A stretch of 64,000 nt of DNA from assembly GCA_051294905.1 (NCBI GenBank), contig CM119384.1, positions 15,748,001 through 15,812,000 of the forward strand, read 5' to 3'. A program made the position numbers and the translations under genes. Origin of the DNA: Botryllus schlosseri (taxonomy: Eukaryota). This document shows, one piece after another, positions 28,001 to 38,360 of the stretch (positions within the stretch are counted from its first letter, which is position 1; each line of letters begins with the position of its first letter). The notes beneath the pieces were generated by a model that made no database searches, was not told where the DNA came from, and saw only the letters and a list, made by a program, of their open reading frames with translations.

Positions 28001-31000
28001 ATTAGTGGCTCTAATTCCTGTTAGTGGAAGCGTATTCAGTAAAATCGTGACCGCGGAAACGCGTCATCGTACGACCATGGCGCGACCGACAATACATTGG
28101 AAATTTGTATCGTCAAGGAAAATAACGGCTTCTCTTAAAAACCAGCACCGGTCGCTACACGAAACGCACGGATTCTCAGAACTGGGAGCATGCGACTCTA
28201 ATTAACATTATTCGACAAGCTTTATTTAAACACTACACCCATCAAAATCGGCGGCATCACATAGGAGAAATTAGGAAACGCACACTGATATTTCGTACGA
28301 AATGACTTTACACGGAGCAGAGATTTCCCGAAAATCTGGCGATCGCAGGTTTTCCCGGATTAAATTAGGTTTGCTATTCGCGACGCTTGGCTCGAACTCT
28401 TTGCGTCAGTGACCAAATTTTACTGCAGTCTCACAGTTAAAGTCAATGCAAACAAATGCAGCTGATCATAGTTTGAGCATGATGACTCGGTTGGGAATTT
28501 TGTCCGTTAGAATTGACAGAATGATTCGATTGTGTGCTGAAGAAATGTAAGCATGCGCCACTAGGCGATGCAGTTCATCTCTTTGCCTCACTAAGGACAA
28601 ACGTACGGATTTTCGTTATAGATTTTGTCAGATTTTTTCGCAATCATCAATCCTACTTTTCGGAGTCGTATATACATAAGCATGATACCTGCACCTACAG
28701 AGATTTGACTTGGTAGTTGAGATAGGCTTTCTGCAATGCAGTGGGAAATACACATCAACTCGTAGGACCTGTGTCTCCATAAGAACCGGGCAAAATAGAT
28801 TACTTGGAGTATTCGAGTAACACTCATTATGACGTCGTAACGGTAATAATGACTTGAAAAGTTCAAATATCGATCCTTTCTGCGGCCACAAGGACAATGA
28901 TGCCGTTTACGCGTCATCCGAAACAATTTTGCGTTTCTGCACCATTACTATTTCGTAGTGCTTTGGGTCCATTGTGAGGGCCGATCACTGCTTGACAGCA
29001 GACTTGTACAATTAGATAGTTCTAGTTGACTAATTAAGAGTTAAATACCGGTAATACAATTTACGAAACGTTTCCAGGCTCTAATTTTAATTCCAATCGA
29101 TTTTTTTCATGCACCATAGTCTAAATTTCGGAGTTTTGGCGGTAGCTTATTCCAAATATGTGTATCAAGCTGCGTGTTGTTTATTATAATTCCACTGCGG
29201 CTCACTTGTATATGAAAAACGTGAGTTTTGGTTTTGGAGGCATGGAGCATAAGTTGGTTGGATGCCATCCATTTTGACACTGGCGACAGCTTAGTGTCAA
29301 CGTTGTGAAATGCATCAGATAAAATCGGGAACTGTACTTCTAATTCTAATCTAATCTAGTTGCCCAAGTCAGCTTGGCAGAAATCGCCGTTTCACGAATC
29401 TTGACGGCCTTGCGCCACATGTTTTTCGATGCTAAACTGTAACTCTTGGTGTGAAGGCGTATATTTTCGAAGCTCGAAAATGTCGACTTACATTGCCCGA
29501 CTCCCAATCATTGCAATCGATAGCTGATACTTGACACAAATCGTTGTATAGACCAAAAATGATATTTGCAAGTCCTTGCGCCGAACACGCTGAATCTGCT
29601 ACCTGCAGCGTGTAATTATATTTAGTTATATCTGAGCAGATTAGCAGTTGAAGTGTTGGCTGCGGCGGGATTTCATTGGATAAGGCATCGACGCCTGCGC
29701 GATTCCATTGGTCGATATCCGCACCCACCTACCTATCGTTATTAAGCGAGGACCGCTTACCACATTGCGTAAGCTAGCCAGCCAGGAATGCGCAGTCGAT
29801 TCTTGCCAAATTGGTTGTATAACTTCCGATGTTGTCGATTAAAATGCGTCCGTTTTCTCCTGCGGCGCAATCCAAGCATGATACATGCTTTTGTTTTTGG
29901 CGCAGTATTTGATCGGTCATGGCATTATCATATCTACTAGAAATCAGGCTACGGTATGGTTACATGCGTACACGCGCATCCCAATAAGTAAAAATTAGTC
30001 AAAATCACCGATTCTTACGCGGAAACAGATCCCGCTCCACCCGTGGGATATATCTCCATATTAATTGGTGTGCTTATCAGTACAGAACCTCATAACACGT
30101 TTGAATAATGTGTTCATATTTATTACGGGCTGACACTCACCACGGTTTACCCTTCGAGTAATACATATCAATATTTGAAGTTCTTTTTAGAGGTACAGAA
30201 CTTCAATATACAATTGAGTAGTCCATTCATCTTGAAATGAACCCGAATATTTCCGGTTGACACTCGTCAGCAACTAGTTGAGAATTGGAAATAACATTGT
30301 ATAGCAACAATCGTATCACAAAATATGACGTCACCGACATGAAATCTCGAATATGAATATGGAATATATTATTGAATTATATTGTATTTCACTCGTTTTC
30401 GTCTTACACCCATTCGAATGAGTGTAAAAGCAAAATGTTGTACCAAAATGTTCAGTTAGACTAAGTTGCGCCCGTTGCTGTCGCAGAAATAGGTGAGATA
30501 CGCGATTTTCGTTCACACAGTGTAGGGTACATTTACACCGTGACAGAGCGAATATTCGCACACATCATAATAGAAGATAATGTACATCGTAAATGTCAGA
30601 GAGGTGGATAATTCTGATGCGCGTCGGTTTGTGACATTTAACCCGCCTCTGCTTCATTTATTTGTCCGGCCTGCCAGAATGTCAAAATGATATGCTGTCC
30701 CGTCGACCACTTAGAAATCTCCGTCCGCGCTAATCCGCGTTTTGCGTCACTAAAACGTGATAGAAGAATTTAAACAGGCTGGTTTCGACAGGCGACAACC
30801 GTCTTTAATGTGTGAATTTTAATGCGGATTGGCTGTAAGCGGAAACCTCATTGTCGTCGATTGCATTGGAGTTGAACCGGGATAGTGAGGTTGGGCGTAC
30901 AATACACGTACGGTAGATAAGTCACACTATGGGCAGCGGGCACGCATGGTAGGCCTATACAGAATACGCGTATGTTTATGTACTTATGAGTGGCCCGACT

Positions 31001-34000
31001 TGAAAACATCGACTTCACCCGCTTCCATTCGATAAAACTCTGAGATTAGCGGGTTTAGTATTTCGTATCCAAACGTGGTGCCGGATTCGACCCCGCAACC
31101 ACAACCCGGAAAGTTCTGGTCCTGTAGTGCCTTGAATCTACTGAAAAGTCATAATAGTTCAAAAAATTTACGCAAAAGTTACGTTGGTGCTCAAGATAGA
31201 CTTGTCCAAACTGCAGATGTAGTTTGTTGAAGGTCACTAACTGGGATACTTCCAGTTCTAGTTGCATATTTTGAAAATCCAGTAGTTTTACAAGTCTGTA
31301 TCTAGATCGATCGAAATTCGTTGTTACAAACGGAATGGAATCCGGATAGTAAGCTTTAAGCAGGATCGAATCCGGGACTGCGTTTTCTCAAAATCTGCGG
31401 GTCCGGATCAGGGTTCTGAAATTTCAATTTACGAAATTCGTTATTTGCCCACTTACTTCAGAGGTTTTATATCGATTTTTGAATATTTTCGAGTGTGTGC
31501 CAAGGGTTCGGACACGGAAACGGGGCCCGGATTCGAATTTTACTTAACCGGGTCTGTTCCGGAGCCCGAAAAACAGCCGTACATGCAGTCCAGACACGCA
31601 GAGCCGCCAGCAAAAAAATGTTTCGCGCAAGACACTTAGCTACGCGAACCGCACGCAATTTCCACTCCGATGTCACGTCATAATTGCAAAAGTGGCACCA
31701 CAATCGCATCAGCTGTTTTTATACACGGTCGGATCCGACCGGTTCGTGCCGGCCACCAAAATCAGCGGCACGTTTTCGGTGTTATTGCAACGCGCTGCAA
31801 CTATACGCCGGCTGATGCGTTTGTGCTGCAAAATCGATATACTTGCAAGCGTATCTTGCAGCAAGCGACCAGCGGACCTCGCTCGCTGACTGAATTACTA
31901 TTAATAAAGATATTTATTATACGCTCAATGTATCTTGTTGCAGGGCTTCAGCGCTAACGACCCCACCATACTTCATTTCTGGGACGTGACGCTCTCGATG
32001 CATCGCGACCTACAGAAGAAGCTGTTGCATTTCTGCACGGGCAGCGACCGGGTGCCGGTCGGCGGGATGCAGGACTTGAAATTCAAAATCATTCGCGCGC
32101 CCACCGCGCAAAACATGTAGGTACCTTTGCGATGACTTCCCGTGGATTTCCCGAGAAGAGCTTGCTGAGTATTTCATTCCGCGTTGTATAGTCGTGCACC
32201 GCCTTTTGAGATTTATGACACGCCCTTTCTGTGCTGTGCTCTGCTTAGAGATGCACGGATCATAGTTTTTTCAGGATACAGATCCAACCCTTCGTAAGAC
32301 ACAGTTCCTTTTTCAAATCGGCTGAAAACTATCTCAATATCATTCATTCATTTAACGCAGGGGTGGCCAACCTTTTCAGTCAAAGGGCCACATTCGATTG
32401 ACGAACTATTGCGCGGGCCACTAGCCGCGCTAAGCGCGAAAATTTTTTGAAGCTTATAGGTCAATAATATCGTCACTTGACTGTGTTGCGGGCCTGCTGT
32501 ATATCGCTGGGCTCAGCTTGCAATGACTGGAATATTCGGCGCCTGAACATATTAATATCGAAAGCTTCGACCAACTTGCGTCAATCGTTTTGTGCCTATA
32601 GGTTTCATAGTCGACGGTCTTTCTGCAAGCGCAAACGTAAGGTCGCATATGCTGAACGACTTTGTCTCGTAATCGCGAATATATAGTTAGACTCAATCTG
32701 ATACATTAGGAGCTCTTTCATTTTCACAAAGGGGTAACAATATTAAAAGCAAGAAATCAAGTGACAACATGTTGCGCGAAGCGTGTAGAACATTTTTACT
32801 TTTGATAAATCCATCGCAAATTATTCTGCTTTATCGTAGTGTAGGAAGATCTACCAAAATGTGACCGGTTCATGGATCTGCCAATGCGTCGGAACTGATA
32901 TTTTAGTCATCACATTTTAAGTGTTGCGGCCAGACTAATCAAATTTTTGGTTGGCGTTGCAAGTTCACAATCTGTGCAATCCATTTTTGATAATATCACT
33001 AATTTCGGAAATTACCTCGCGGGCCACTCAAAACCTTGTCGCGGGCCACATGTGGCCCGCGGGCCACGGGTTGGCCGGCCCTGATTTAACGAATGCGTGC
33101 CACAGATAACGCGTGACCTCGGTACCACAGAGATATCTAGGTTGTAGTGGCGCCTTTCGTGAAATCTTCTAGCTGTGGTTCGGATGCAGTGACTTTCTGA
33201 GGAAAACGGCTGCCGCCGAAATGTTTACACATATTCAACTTTACTTTGAGACCATATGATATTTAGAGCACAGTACCCCTATAAAACTAAAACCAGTTAT
33301 GTCCGTCATACTGGGGCAGGGTCATAATGAGTGATTTTATACACTCGGCTCGGAATCGAATCACTCAAGCCTGTCTGAGGCACTCGATTTTGATCGCCTC
33401 TAGTAAAGGTAAGGAACACGCCATTGAGACTCAATTAGGGATGCAGCACATGAATCACCCATTCGAAATCAATTCTAATCATTTTTGAGGCAGTACCATT
33501 CGAATGGAATAAGGTAGAATAATCACATTGCGGGTACACTGTAGTTTCTCCCATCCCAATAGCCATATTAATTGAGCTGAAGGGATGCCGCATCTAAACA
33601 TACACATTCACAGTAGAATTATGTGCGCACTGCACTCGACCATTCAAGACACTGATATTTTGAGGTACGACTGGTATCTTATTTCAGTAATTACAGAAGC
33701 GGTGATTCGAATTTGACCATTGCCACATTTGACCTTTTGCTTGAGTTGGTAGGTATTTGGTGTAGGCGGTATATGCGTCAACCATAAATGAATCGGGTCA
33801 AATGTTGAGCAATTGCTGTCCGTTGCGCTGCGGCGCGCGCTTCATATCCAGCGTAAATTTGCGTTAATTCCTGTTATATTTCGTCACAAGTAGCGGTAGG
33901 CGGCAGAATCAACCGGTACGCCACGGAGCCGTAGCGCGCGGATTGCTGCTGTTTCGAATCGTGAATCGATATTTGGTTGCTGTTCAAAAGTTGCGATAAA

Positions 34001-37000
34001 TTGTGTTATACAACGAATTACGGCGATTATGCCTTTGTTTGCTTGGGTCCTGTTGGCAATACACAACCCGAATCTGAAACTACGTAGGTTTAGGCTTGCT
34101 CCTCGTTGGCTAGATTACAGCTTTCGTGTCTTCGTTAGTCGCAGTGTATCTGTTCGCGGATTTTTTTGCGGATTCCGGAGATTTACTGATAATATTGTTG
34201 CCTAAAAACACTGCACACCAAATTTGGCTTGATTCCAGCTAGTAGATGTGAATGCACAGGAATTTAAAGACGTTTAATTTATTATAAAAGAATTAAAACA
34301 AAAAGTTATAATTCTTATGTTGACCCCAAGAAATTGTCAAGTTGTCTAAAAGAACGATGTTTAACCATTTTTGCTCACTTCCAGCCGATAGAAGCGGAGT
34401 TACTGCAGTTGTAAATTTTGGATTCGCAAAATAGCCTAGACGTTGGTTGATCCCAGAATTACTAATGAAAAACTCAATTAATTTCGCTTCCACGGATTGG
34501 AATTGCGTCAAATTTGTTTTGCGTCGTTTCTATAGACGGATTACAATTTCATGGGGTTGACAGTAAAATTTGAGATTTATTTTTTATAAATTCACGATTT
34601 TCAAACTCCTGTGCGTTCGCATCTACCGGTTGCAATTGAGCCAAATCAGGTGTACAGCGTCTTTAGGTAACCTAACAATTTGATCAGTGAATCTACGGAA
34701 TCCGGAAAAATGAGTTATTTTTGGACAACCCTAATGTACATTAGCTAAATGAATACTAAACCTGATGTAAAATCAAGATTGTGTTCAGCGTAGCCCCGTC
34801 CAATTACAGAATATTTTGTCGAAGATTCTACCAATAGTGTGCGTAATCAGTCAATTCACGCTAGTCGCAAAGATCTTGCAATAAGAAACGTAGCCGCCTG
34901 CGCTAATAACTTGAATTGGTTTTGACGTGTCTTGGGAATTTTCACTTCTACTTGTAATTGAGCGCAAATATACGGATCTATTTCTACTTGAGTAGCGACG
35001 CCGACTGCTTTGATCACCTCTTCTACTGCGTTGTTTTATAGCTTTGGGACTGTTGCTATTTGTCGATCATTCATCTTAGGCAGCGCATGACCAATGGGCA
35101 CGAACAATGCATCATGTTTATGTCGATTATCACGCTAATCTCATTCGATCTATGTATGCTTATGTACGTCACATCGCGACCTTTAGTGGAATTTCGCAAA
35201 AGCAGCTTTTGATTCCCGTACACATTCGTGATATTTGACATTTCAAAGCAGTTTGCAGTACTAAGAATTGAAATTAAGTGTAGTGTTCGGTATCGCTCGC
35301 GTTTCGAGTTCCATTTATATCAGTTGGGAAGTCGGTTAAAAATTGTTCATAGTAGCACCAACTATGAAATCCGTTTAAATTCGACATTCAAACGTAGATT
35401 TTGCCCACTCCCTATTCAATGGTTTTGTTTCAAACCAGCTCCATTTCTACTTGACAGTTTTTGACGCAAAACTGGCTACCTTTGACACTTTTTGAAGTAG
35501 AATGTAGTTTTTGGCAATGGTTTGTATCAACCCCGGTGTGCTATTAATGTAAACGCGCCCCTCTGCAACCAATACGTTGTCCGATTACTCGGAATAGCGT
35601 GCATAAGGTCTTGTTTCGCTATCAAACACTCCTCATCGCTTGATGTGGGTTGCATTATCAGTCTTGCGCCGCATTCGCCTGGTTCCGTATTAGAACGCGT
35701 GCAAACCGCAGTCCGCTTCTATGCTTAGCGTTAGCTGGCTTGGCTGCAATGCACAGTTGATTGTCCGGCCGGAAATGAACAATTGAAAATTCATATCACG
35801 CTCAACAGCTGATTTCGTCAATGCTCTTCGAGAGGCTCATACTGTATTGACAAGTACGCATGTGTGTGTCGAGTGGTTCGTGCTGACCCATATAGAGTGT
35901 TGTTTGAACTTGTATCCATGTCTGGTGCTCGGTGTTTTCGAACGATGCTATTTGCTCTCGCCTGTGAAGCGTCAACATATGTAGCATTGAGCTTGTGGCC
36001 ATAAGCTTGTTGATTATTCCGCCGAAAATTTTGCACGTTTGAAGGGCTATTTTCATTAACCTCACCAATCACGCATACACTGTCGCTTCCGAACGTTACA
36101 GGATTGAGAGACTTTGTAAAGTTAGGTCCGGTAATTGGGTCACCATTTAGGCTCGCTATTGTTTTTAAAAAAGCGGCGTGCACAATGAATTCTTGGAAGA
36201 TGAGTAATTAGATGCAATACATTCTAGTATCTGCCGACCATTTGTATTTCTTCCGTTTTGTACTGCATTCATAATGGCTGCACGAGTGCACTTGCTGCAT
36301 ACGCGTTGCGCAGCAATCAGATATCCAGCCGATTTTTCCTGGCCCTTCACAATACAGGGCCAGCTCGCTACTGCTCTATGGTATACCGGTTAATGCAACG
36401 GTGCTGAATCATTCAAGCGAATGCGATGGACTAGCCGCGCACTGTTAATAATTATAATAACAATTGTGCATGGGATCATAAATTTTCACCCCCTCAAGAC
36501 ACACAGTGTGCAATGCAATACACAAGACACAATGCGATGTATGCCCTGCCCACTGCCCATAGTCAGTTAGTTGCTTGCTTGCATTCTGTTCGTGCTCAAC
36601 GGAAAGAACTTGTTTTTATTATGTTTTGAAGCGGTCGGTATCCCGGCTACATGAAATGACAAGCCTATGGTTCTATACGCGAAACGAACAAAGGAATACA
36701 CTCGCCGGGGTGAAATGGCGAATGTGTGGTCACGTGACGAAATCGTCCAATCGCATGCGGGCGCTCTATCGCCCGCGAGTTCGCGTTATCGGCGATTCTC
36801 AGTAATCAACATGCGATGCTACTTGCTCCCTTGTCAGATAGGATTCAAACCGGAAAACCGCAATGTCGATTACGACCTACCTTTATAGTTAACAACTGTG
36901 GTTAACTATTGGAAAGGGATTGGCAGTTTTCCGATCGTATATGCTACTCAAGTTATAAAGATGATTATTAATTGCACGTTGATGATGGCTCTCATGTTTA

Positions 37001-37823
37001 TGATCTCCAACGATTTGAACAGATGTGCGATTTGCAGTATTGTAGAATAGTTTTTGAGGTTTTCCTTTTTGGGCTTGTGGCCTGCATTTTATCGATGTCG
37101 GCAGACCAGGCCTATAGTGCGTTCTATTGAAAACTGCTTGCTTATTCAGATTAAGTGGGCTTGAGTTGAAGCAAACTGCATCCAAGTGTGTTACTATGTT
37201 GGGATCATATCGTAATGGTAATGCTACTGTTGTTCTGTCGATATCACTATATTTGTCGCTAGTTACCGCTCGGTGAAAACCGTTTATGCAAAATTTAATG
37301 AACACTGCACACTCCACTCCACACAACTGAAGTATGATCAATTAGTCAGCGCAGAGCTTACTCAACTGACTAATACGAAAAGCAGCGTAGAGTCGACGTA
37401 GTAAAAACACTGTGACGTAAAGAGAAAATATGACGTCACAGAGCTAAACTAATATTTTGGGAAACAACGTGATACCGCCCTCTCTGATCTCGCCACCGCT
37501 ATAGGTAGAAGTGGTCAGTAACGACGTATTTCTACATTAATACGTAATAGGTTGCCGTATATCACAATTTACGCTCATATTCAGTAAAACATTCATTTTC
37601 CGATGTATTAACATCATATTGATGTATTGCAATATTCCTTGTTATTATAGTGGTAACGTCAAATTCACCACTGATAACAGTTGTTTCGATGCTCTTTTGC
37701 AGGCTGCCGATGGCCCACACTTGCTTCAACCAGCTGCTGTTGCCGCCTTACGGGAGCAGAACGCAGCTAGAGCAAAAACTGATTATAGCCGTCAGCAACG
37801 CAGAAGGCTTCGGCTTGGAGTGA
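919..37823 (+). CDS. HECTD2: HECTD2-like HECT-domain E3 ubiquitin ligase, 5'-partial; join(919-1041,1973-2090,3190-3254,3430-3585,4843-5000,6109-6232,6456-6578,7710-7805,10630-10735,14175-14282,15233-15412,22664-22875,24732-24876,31944-32116,37703-37823)
   Basis: All 14 introns are GT-AG and phases are compatible. Exon lengths sum to 2008 nt (1+669x3), ending at TGA. The peptide follows human HECTD2 as remembered (RAYFILLQ, STYVIYAHLLRQIATL, WWIPSA, FxFCQYP, [31 protein letters not shown], SNxEGFGLE-stop). Confidence 0.95.
1973..2090 (+). CDS. HECTD2: HECTD2 exon (NDGQKSS...VDQKFVGLMYEVLSEL)
   Basis: tttttgtag acceptor, CTG|GTAAGG donor; C-terminal half resembles human INAKFVNAVYDTLL; phases fit both neighbours. 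Confidence 0.8.
3190..3254 (+). CDS. HECTD2: HECTD2 exon (PQETQKIVLKGIINCLLKEWQG)
   Basis: tttttag / GG|GTAGGT; near-identical to human PQDVQKTVLKGIINSLLREWKG. Too short for the ORF track. Confidence 0.92.
3430..3585 (+). CDS. HECTD2: HECTD2 exon (TKSNNEIRAYFILLQ...LLTQWLRR)
   Basis: Inside ORF 3410-3775; tttgtttag / AG|GTATGG. Confidence 0.95.
4843..5000 (+). CDS. HECTD2: HECTD2 exon (LSTPRFRPIVERIHQFITLRLFP...WWIPSAMKVLTLA)
   Basis: Inside ORF 4808-5026; cacgaag / C|GTAAGT. Confidence 0.95.
5266..5629. mobile_element. hAT (Charlie/Buster-like) MITE
   Basis: Ends CAGTGCTTTTCAA / gttgaactg (degenerate); 8-bp flanks atttagag / atatagag (7/8). Confidence 0.6.
6109..6232 (+). CDS. HECTD2: HECTD2 exon (NANNLIKPRLISYREFYNVSLDHIDVMAEFKQWQ)
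   Basis: tccaacag / GG|GTAAGA; resembles human ANNLVHPPLIPYTDFYNSTLDHIDLM. Confidence 0.95.
6456..6578 (+). CDS. HECTD2: HECTD2 exon (FTFCQYPYILSLSAKRHILRRDQERQMIRTAR)
   Basis: attttcag / AG|GTGTTG (weak donor); resembles human FSFCQYPFVISVAAKKIIIQRDSEQQM. Confidence 0.9.
7710..7805 (+). CDS. HECTD2: HECTD2 exon (RPTRPPDVNQLFLNIKVKRQNLLQDSLSQIY)
   Basis: aaattcag / GG|GTAAAT; resembles human RQRPDMNILFLNMKVRRTHLVSDSL. Confidence 0.93.
7999..8471. mobile_element. hAT-like MITE with GAGTC/GACTC subterminal repeats
   Basis: TIR CAGGGTTGT / ACAACCCTG; many GACTCGAGTC and AAGTC motifs; TSD poorly preserved. Confidence 0.6.
8850..9248. mobile_element. hAT MITE with AAAGTTGC repeats
   Basis: TIR TAGGACAAGTTTTTG / CAAAAACTTGCCCTA; flanks gttaagag / gtaatgag (6/8). 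Confidence 0.7.
10630..10735 (+). CDS. HECTD2: HECTD2 exon, start of HECT domain ([31 protein letters not shown])
   Basis: HECT N-lobe signature; atgtttag / CAG|GTGACT. Confidence 0.96.
14175..14282 (+). CDS. HECTD2: HECTD2 exon (VLSPDYGTFVHNEKTRTYWF...DYFLVGV)
   Basis: ctttctctag acceptor; donor GTATCCTTT; 108 nt, phase 0-0. Confidence 0.93.
14283..15232 (+). other. U12-type (minor spliceosome) GT-AG intron
   Basis: The 5' splice site GTATCCTTT matches the U12 consensus. TTCCTCAAC at 15208-15216 is 8/9 to the U12 branch consensus TTCCTTAAC and ends 16 nt before the intron end. There is no polypyrimidine tract before the AG. Confidence 0.85.
15233..15412 (+). CDS. HECTD2: HECTD2 exon (LMGLAVYNCITLDLRFP...DDLKDVDP)
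   Basis: ORF 15236-15439; 180 nt; CCT|GTGAGA donor. Confidence 0.96.
15500..16512. mobile_element. Element of the abundant CAGAGGTG / AGTA-TACT motif family, interrupted by nested DNA
   Basis: Starts CAGAGGTG; degenerate end ctacatcta; flanks tatatatg / tatatagt. Related fragments were seen by eye near 4490-4700, 6780-7013, 16880-17160, 17880-18250, 19340-19500, 20340-20540, 24225-24560, 34920-35020 and 43880-44309. Confidence 0.55.
15592..16136. mobile_element. Palindromic MITE with about 210-bp arms, each carrying a perfect CRE; Kolobok-like end
   Basis: 15592 to about 15800 is a near-perfect reverse complement of about 15911-16115. The right tip is CTGTACCT; the left tip lacks about 20 bp. 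TGACGTCA at 15719 and 15981. Confidence 0.85.
18007..18199. mobile_element. hAT MITE (TIR CAATGTTCCCTCTAA), GCGCA-rich
   Basis: TSD ctcccacc / cttccacc (7/8); second copy at 58911-59093 in the opposite orientation. Confidence 0.85.
18316..19156. mobile_element. hAT non-autonomous element (TIR TAGGGCGATTTTTTT)
   Basis: TSD gtcatggc / gtcatgac (7/8); TTTTGACC subterminal repeats. Confidence 0.85.
22262..22520 (+). mobile_element. tRNA-derived SINE with a Meta-domain-like body
   Basis: A-box-like CAGCGTAATGG at 22273 and B-box-like GGATTCAATCCC at 22316. The body TCAGACCAAAGAC...TGGTATT...CTTC.CCGCT...GCTCAGCATT resembles my recollection of the MetaSINE central domain. Short GTAT-type tail. 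Confidence 0.65.
22664..22875 (+). CDS. HECTD2: HECTD2 exon (DMVHGLEELLSYEGDVE...NKAVYR)
   Basis: ORF 22652-22900; aatttccag / AG|GTGCGA. Confidence 0.96.
23620..24222. mobile_element. Degenerate fold-back element with internally duplicated arms, related to 45209-45363
   Basis: gctcaattccaaccagt(a/g)gaagc occurs twice forward and twice inverted. It shares cactggctac.tgat.aaattgttaggtt with the 155-bp MITE. Confidence 0.6.
24732..24876 (+). CDS. HECTD2: HECTD2 exon (QFSAFSEGFHTVC...KKFTTYE)
   Basis: Inside ORF 24616-24984; ttgttttccag / GAG|GTGAGA. Confidence 0.96.
27080..27300. repeat. Diverged about 113-bp tandem duplication
   Basis: ctgagaaagctc.ccagcgtt.gt...tcggaactt.gtc..att..aaatatttcttt occurs twice. 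Confidence 0.75.
27531..27566. repeat. Perfect 18-bp tandem duplication
   Basis: (tagcctggcataagacct)x2. Confidence 0.9.
30191..30355 (+). mobile_element. Solo left arm of the CRE-bearing palindromic MITE family
   Basis: AGGTACAGAACTTCAATATACAATTG...aaatatgacgtcacc; preceded by TTAG; a more decayed arm lies at about 30079-30140. Confidence 0.75.
31944..32116 (+). CDS. HECTD2: HECTD2 exon, C-lobe (GFSANDPTILHFW...[11 protein letters not shown]...)
   Basis: ORF 31935-32120; ttgttgcag / AT|GTAGGT. Confidence 0.96.
32358..33083. mobile_element. hAT-Charlie/Buster-like MITE
   Basis: TIR CAGGGGTGGCCAACC / GGTTGGCCGGCCCTG; perfect TSD atttaacg; cgcgggccacatgtggcccgcg palindrome near the right end. 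Confidence 0.9.
33195..33280 (+). mobile_element. Right-end fragment of the Kolobok-like family of 1-468
   Basis: gaaaacggctgccgcc.aaa...tttgagacca.at.at.tttagag..cagtacccct followed by ATAA. Confidence 0.65.
34145..34733. mobile_element. Degenerate fold-back element of the 23620/45209 family
   Basis: Arms about 34160-34270 and 34600-34710 are reverse complements; right tip tttttggacaacccta. Confidence 0.6.
37703..37823 (+). CDS. HECTD2: HECTD2 last coding exon with catalytic Cys (LPMAHTCFNQLLLPPY...SNAEGFGLE*)
   Basis: ctcttttgcag acceptor; catalytic TGC at 37722-37724; TGA at 37821-37823. Missed by the ORF track. Confidence 0.96.
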
Positions 37824-38131
37824 TCCGCCGTAGAAAACCGCTATCTGCCAACATCCGGGACTCCCGCCGCCCGGCGATAACGCCCGATATACGTAACAAA
37901 GGGAGACCCGCGGTCGGCCCGTATGAACTGTGTTCGCCGCCGAGGTCAGTCTCCCGCGAGGCGCGCGCGCATTCGTAGACAGATAACGGGCGTTTGATTT
38001 TCGACGCCTGTTCGAGCCGGGTGGTTACGCGGGCTTGACACTGCGCCGGGGGTTGACCTTTACTGACGCCGAGTGATGTTGGGGCTGTCTGCGGCGCGAG
38101 AAATTGGGAAATCCCTTACCTCGGTACTAGG

Positions 38132-38360
38132 AAGATGAGCGGGTTCAATATTTTCAGATCTTATTCCGGATTTTAGATGCAAATCCTAGTTCAAGTCGTT
38201 GGTATCATGTCTAAACCCGAGTTCAAACCCGGTGATGGCTGAAATTTGTTCAAAAGTCTTGTGAGAATTGAAAACGGTTAAAAATTTCAAGTCCAAGTCC
38301 TAAAATACGTATTTGATAAAATCAAACCAGAATCATCAAACCCAAACCCACGCTCGTCTA
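38132..38360. mobile_element. Small TIR element with AACCCG/ATCCG motifs in the HECTD2 3' region
   Basis: Ends AGATGAGCGGGTT / AACCCACGCTCGTCT; TSD ambiguous. Confidence 0.45.

Noticed and set aside
31060-31130. B-box-like GGGTCGAATCC on the minus strand
   Set aside because: No cloverleaf or A-box could be built; not a tRNA. The same applies to GGGTTCGACTCC near 62137.
35818-36183. 121-aa minus-strand ORF (possible nested exon)
   Set aside because: No recognisable motif and no partner exons found.
36889-37341. 150-aa minus-strand ORF in the last HECTD2 intron
   Set aside because: No recognisable domain or convincing splice context; cannot be supported without a homology search.
37619-37978. 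119-aa Arg/Ala-rich ORF
   Set aside because: Shifted frame of the last HECTD2 exon extended into the GC-rich UTR.
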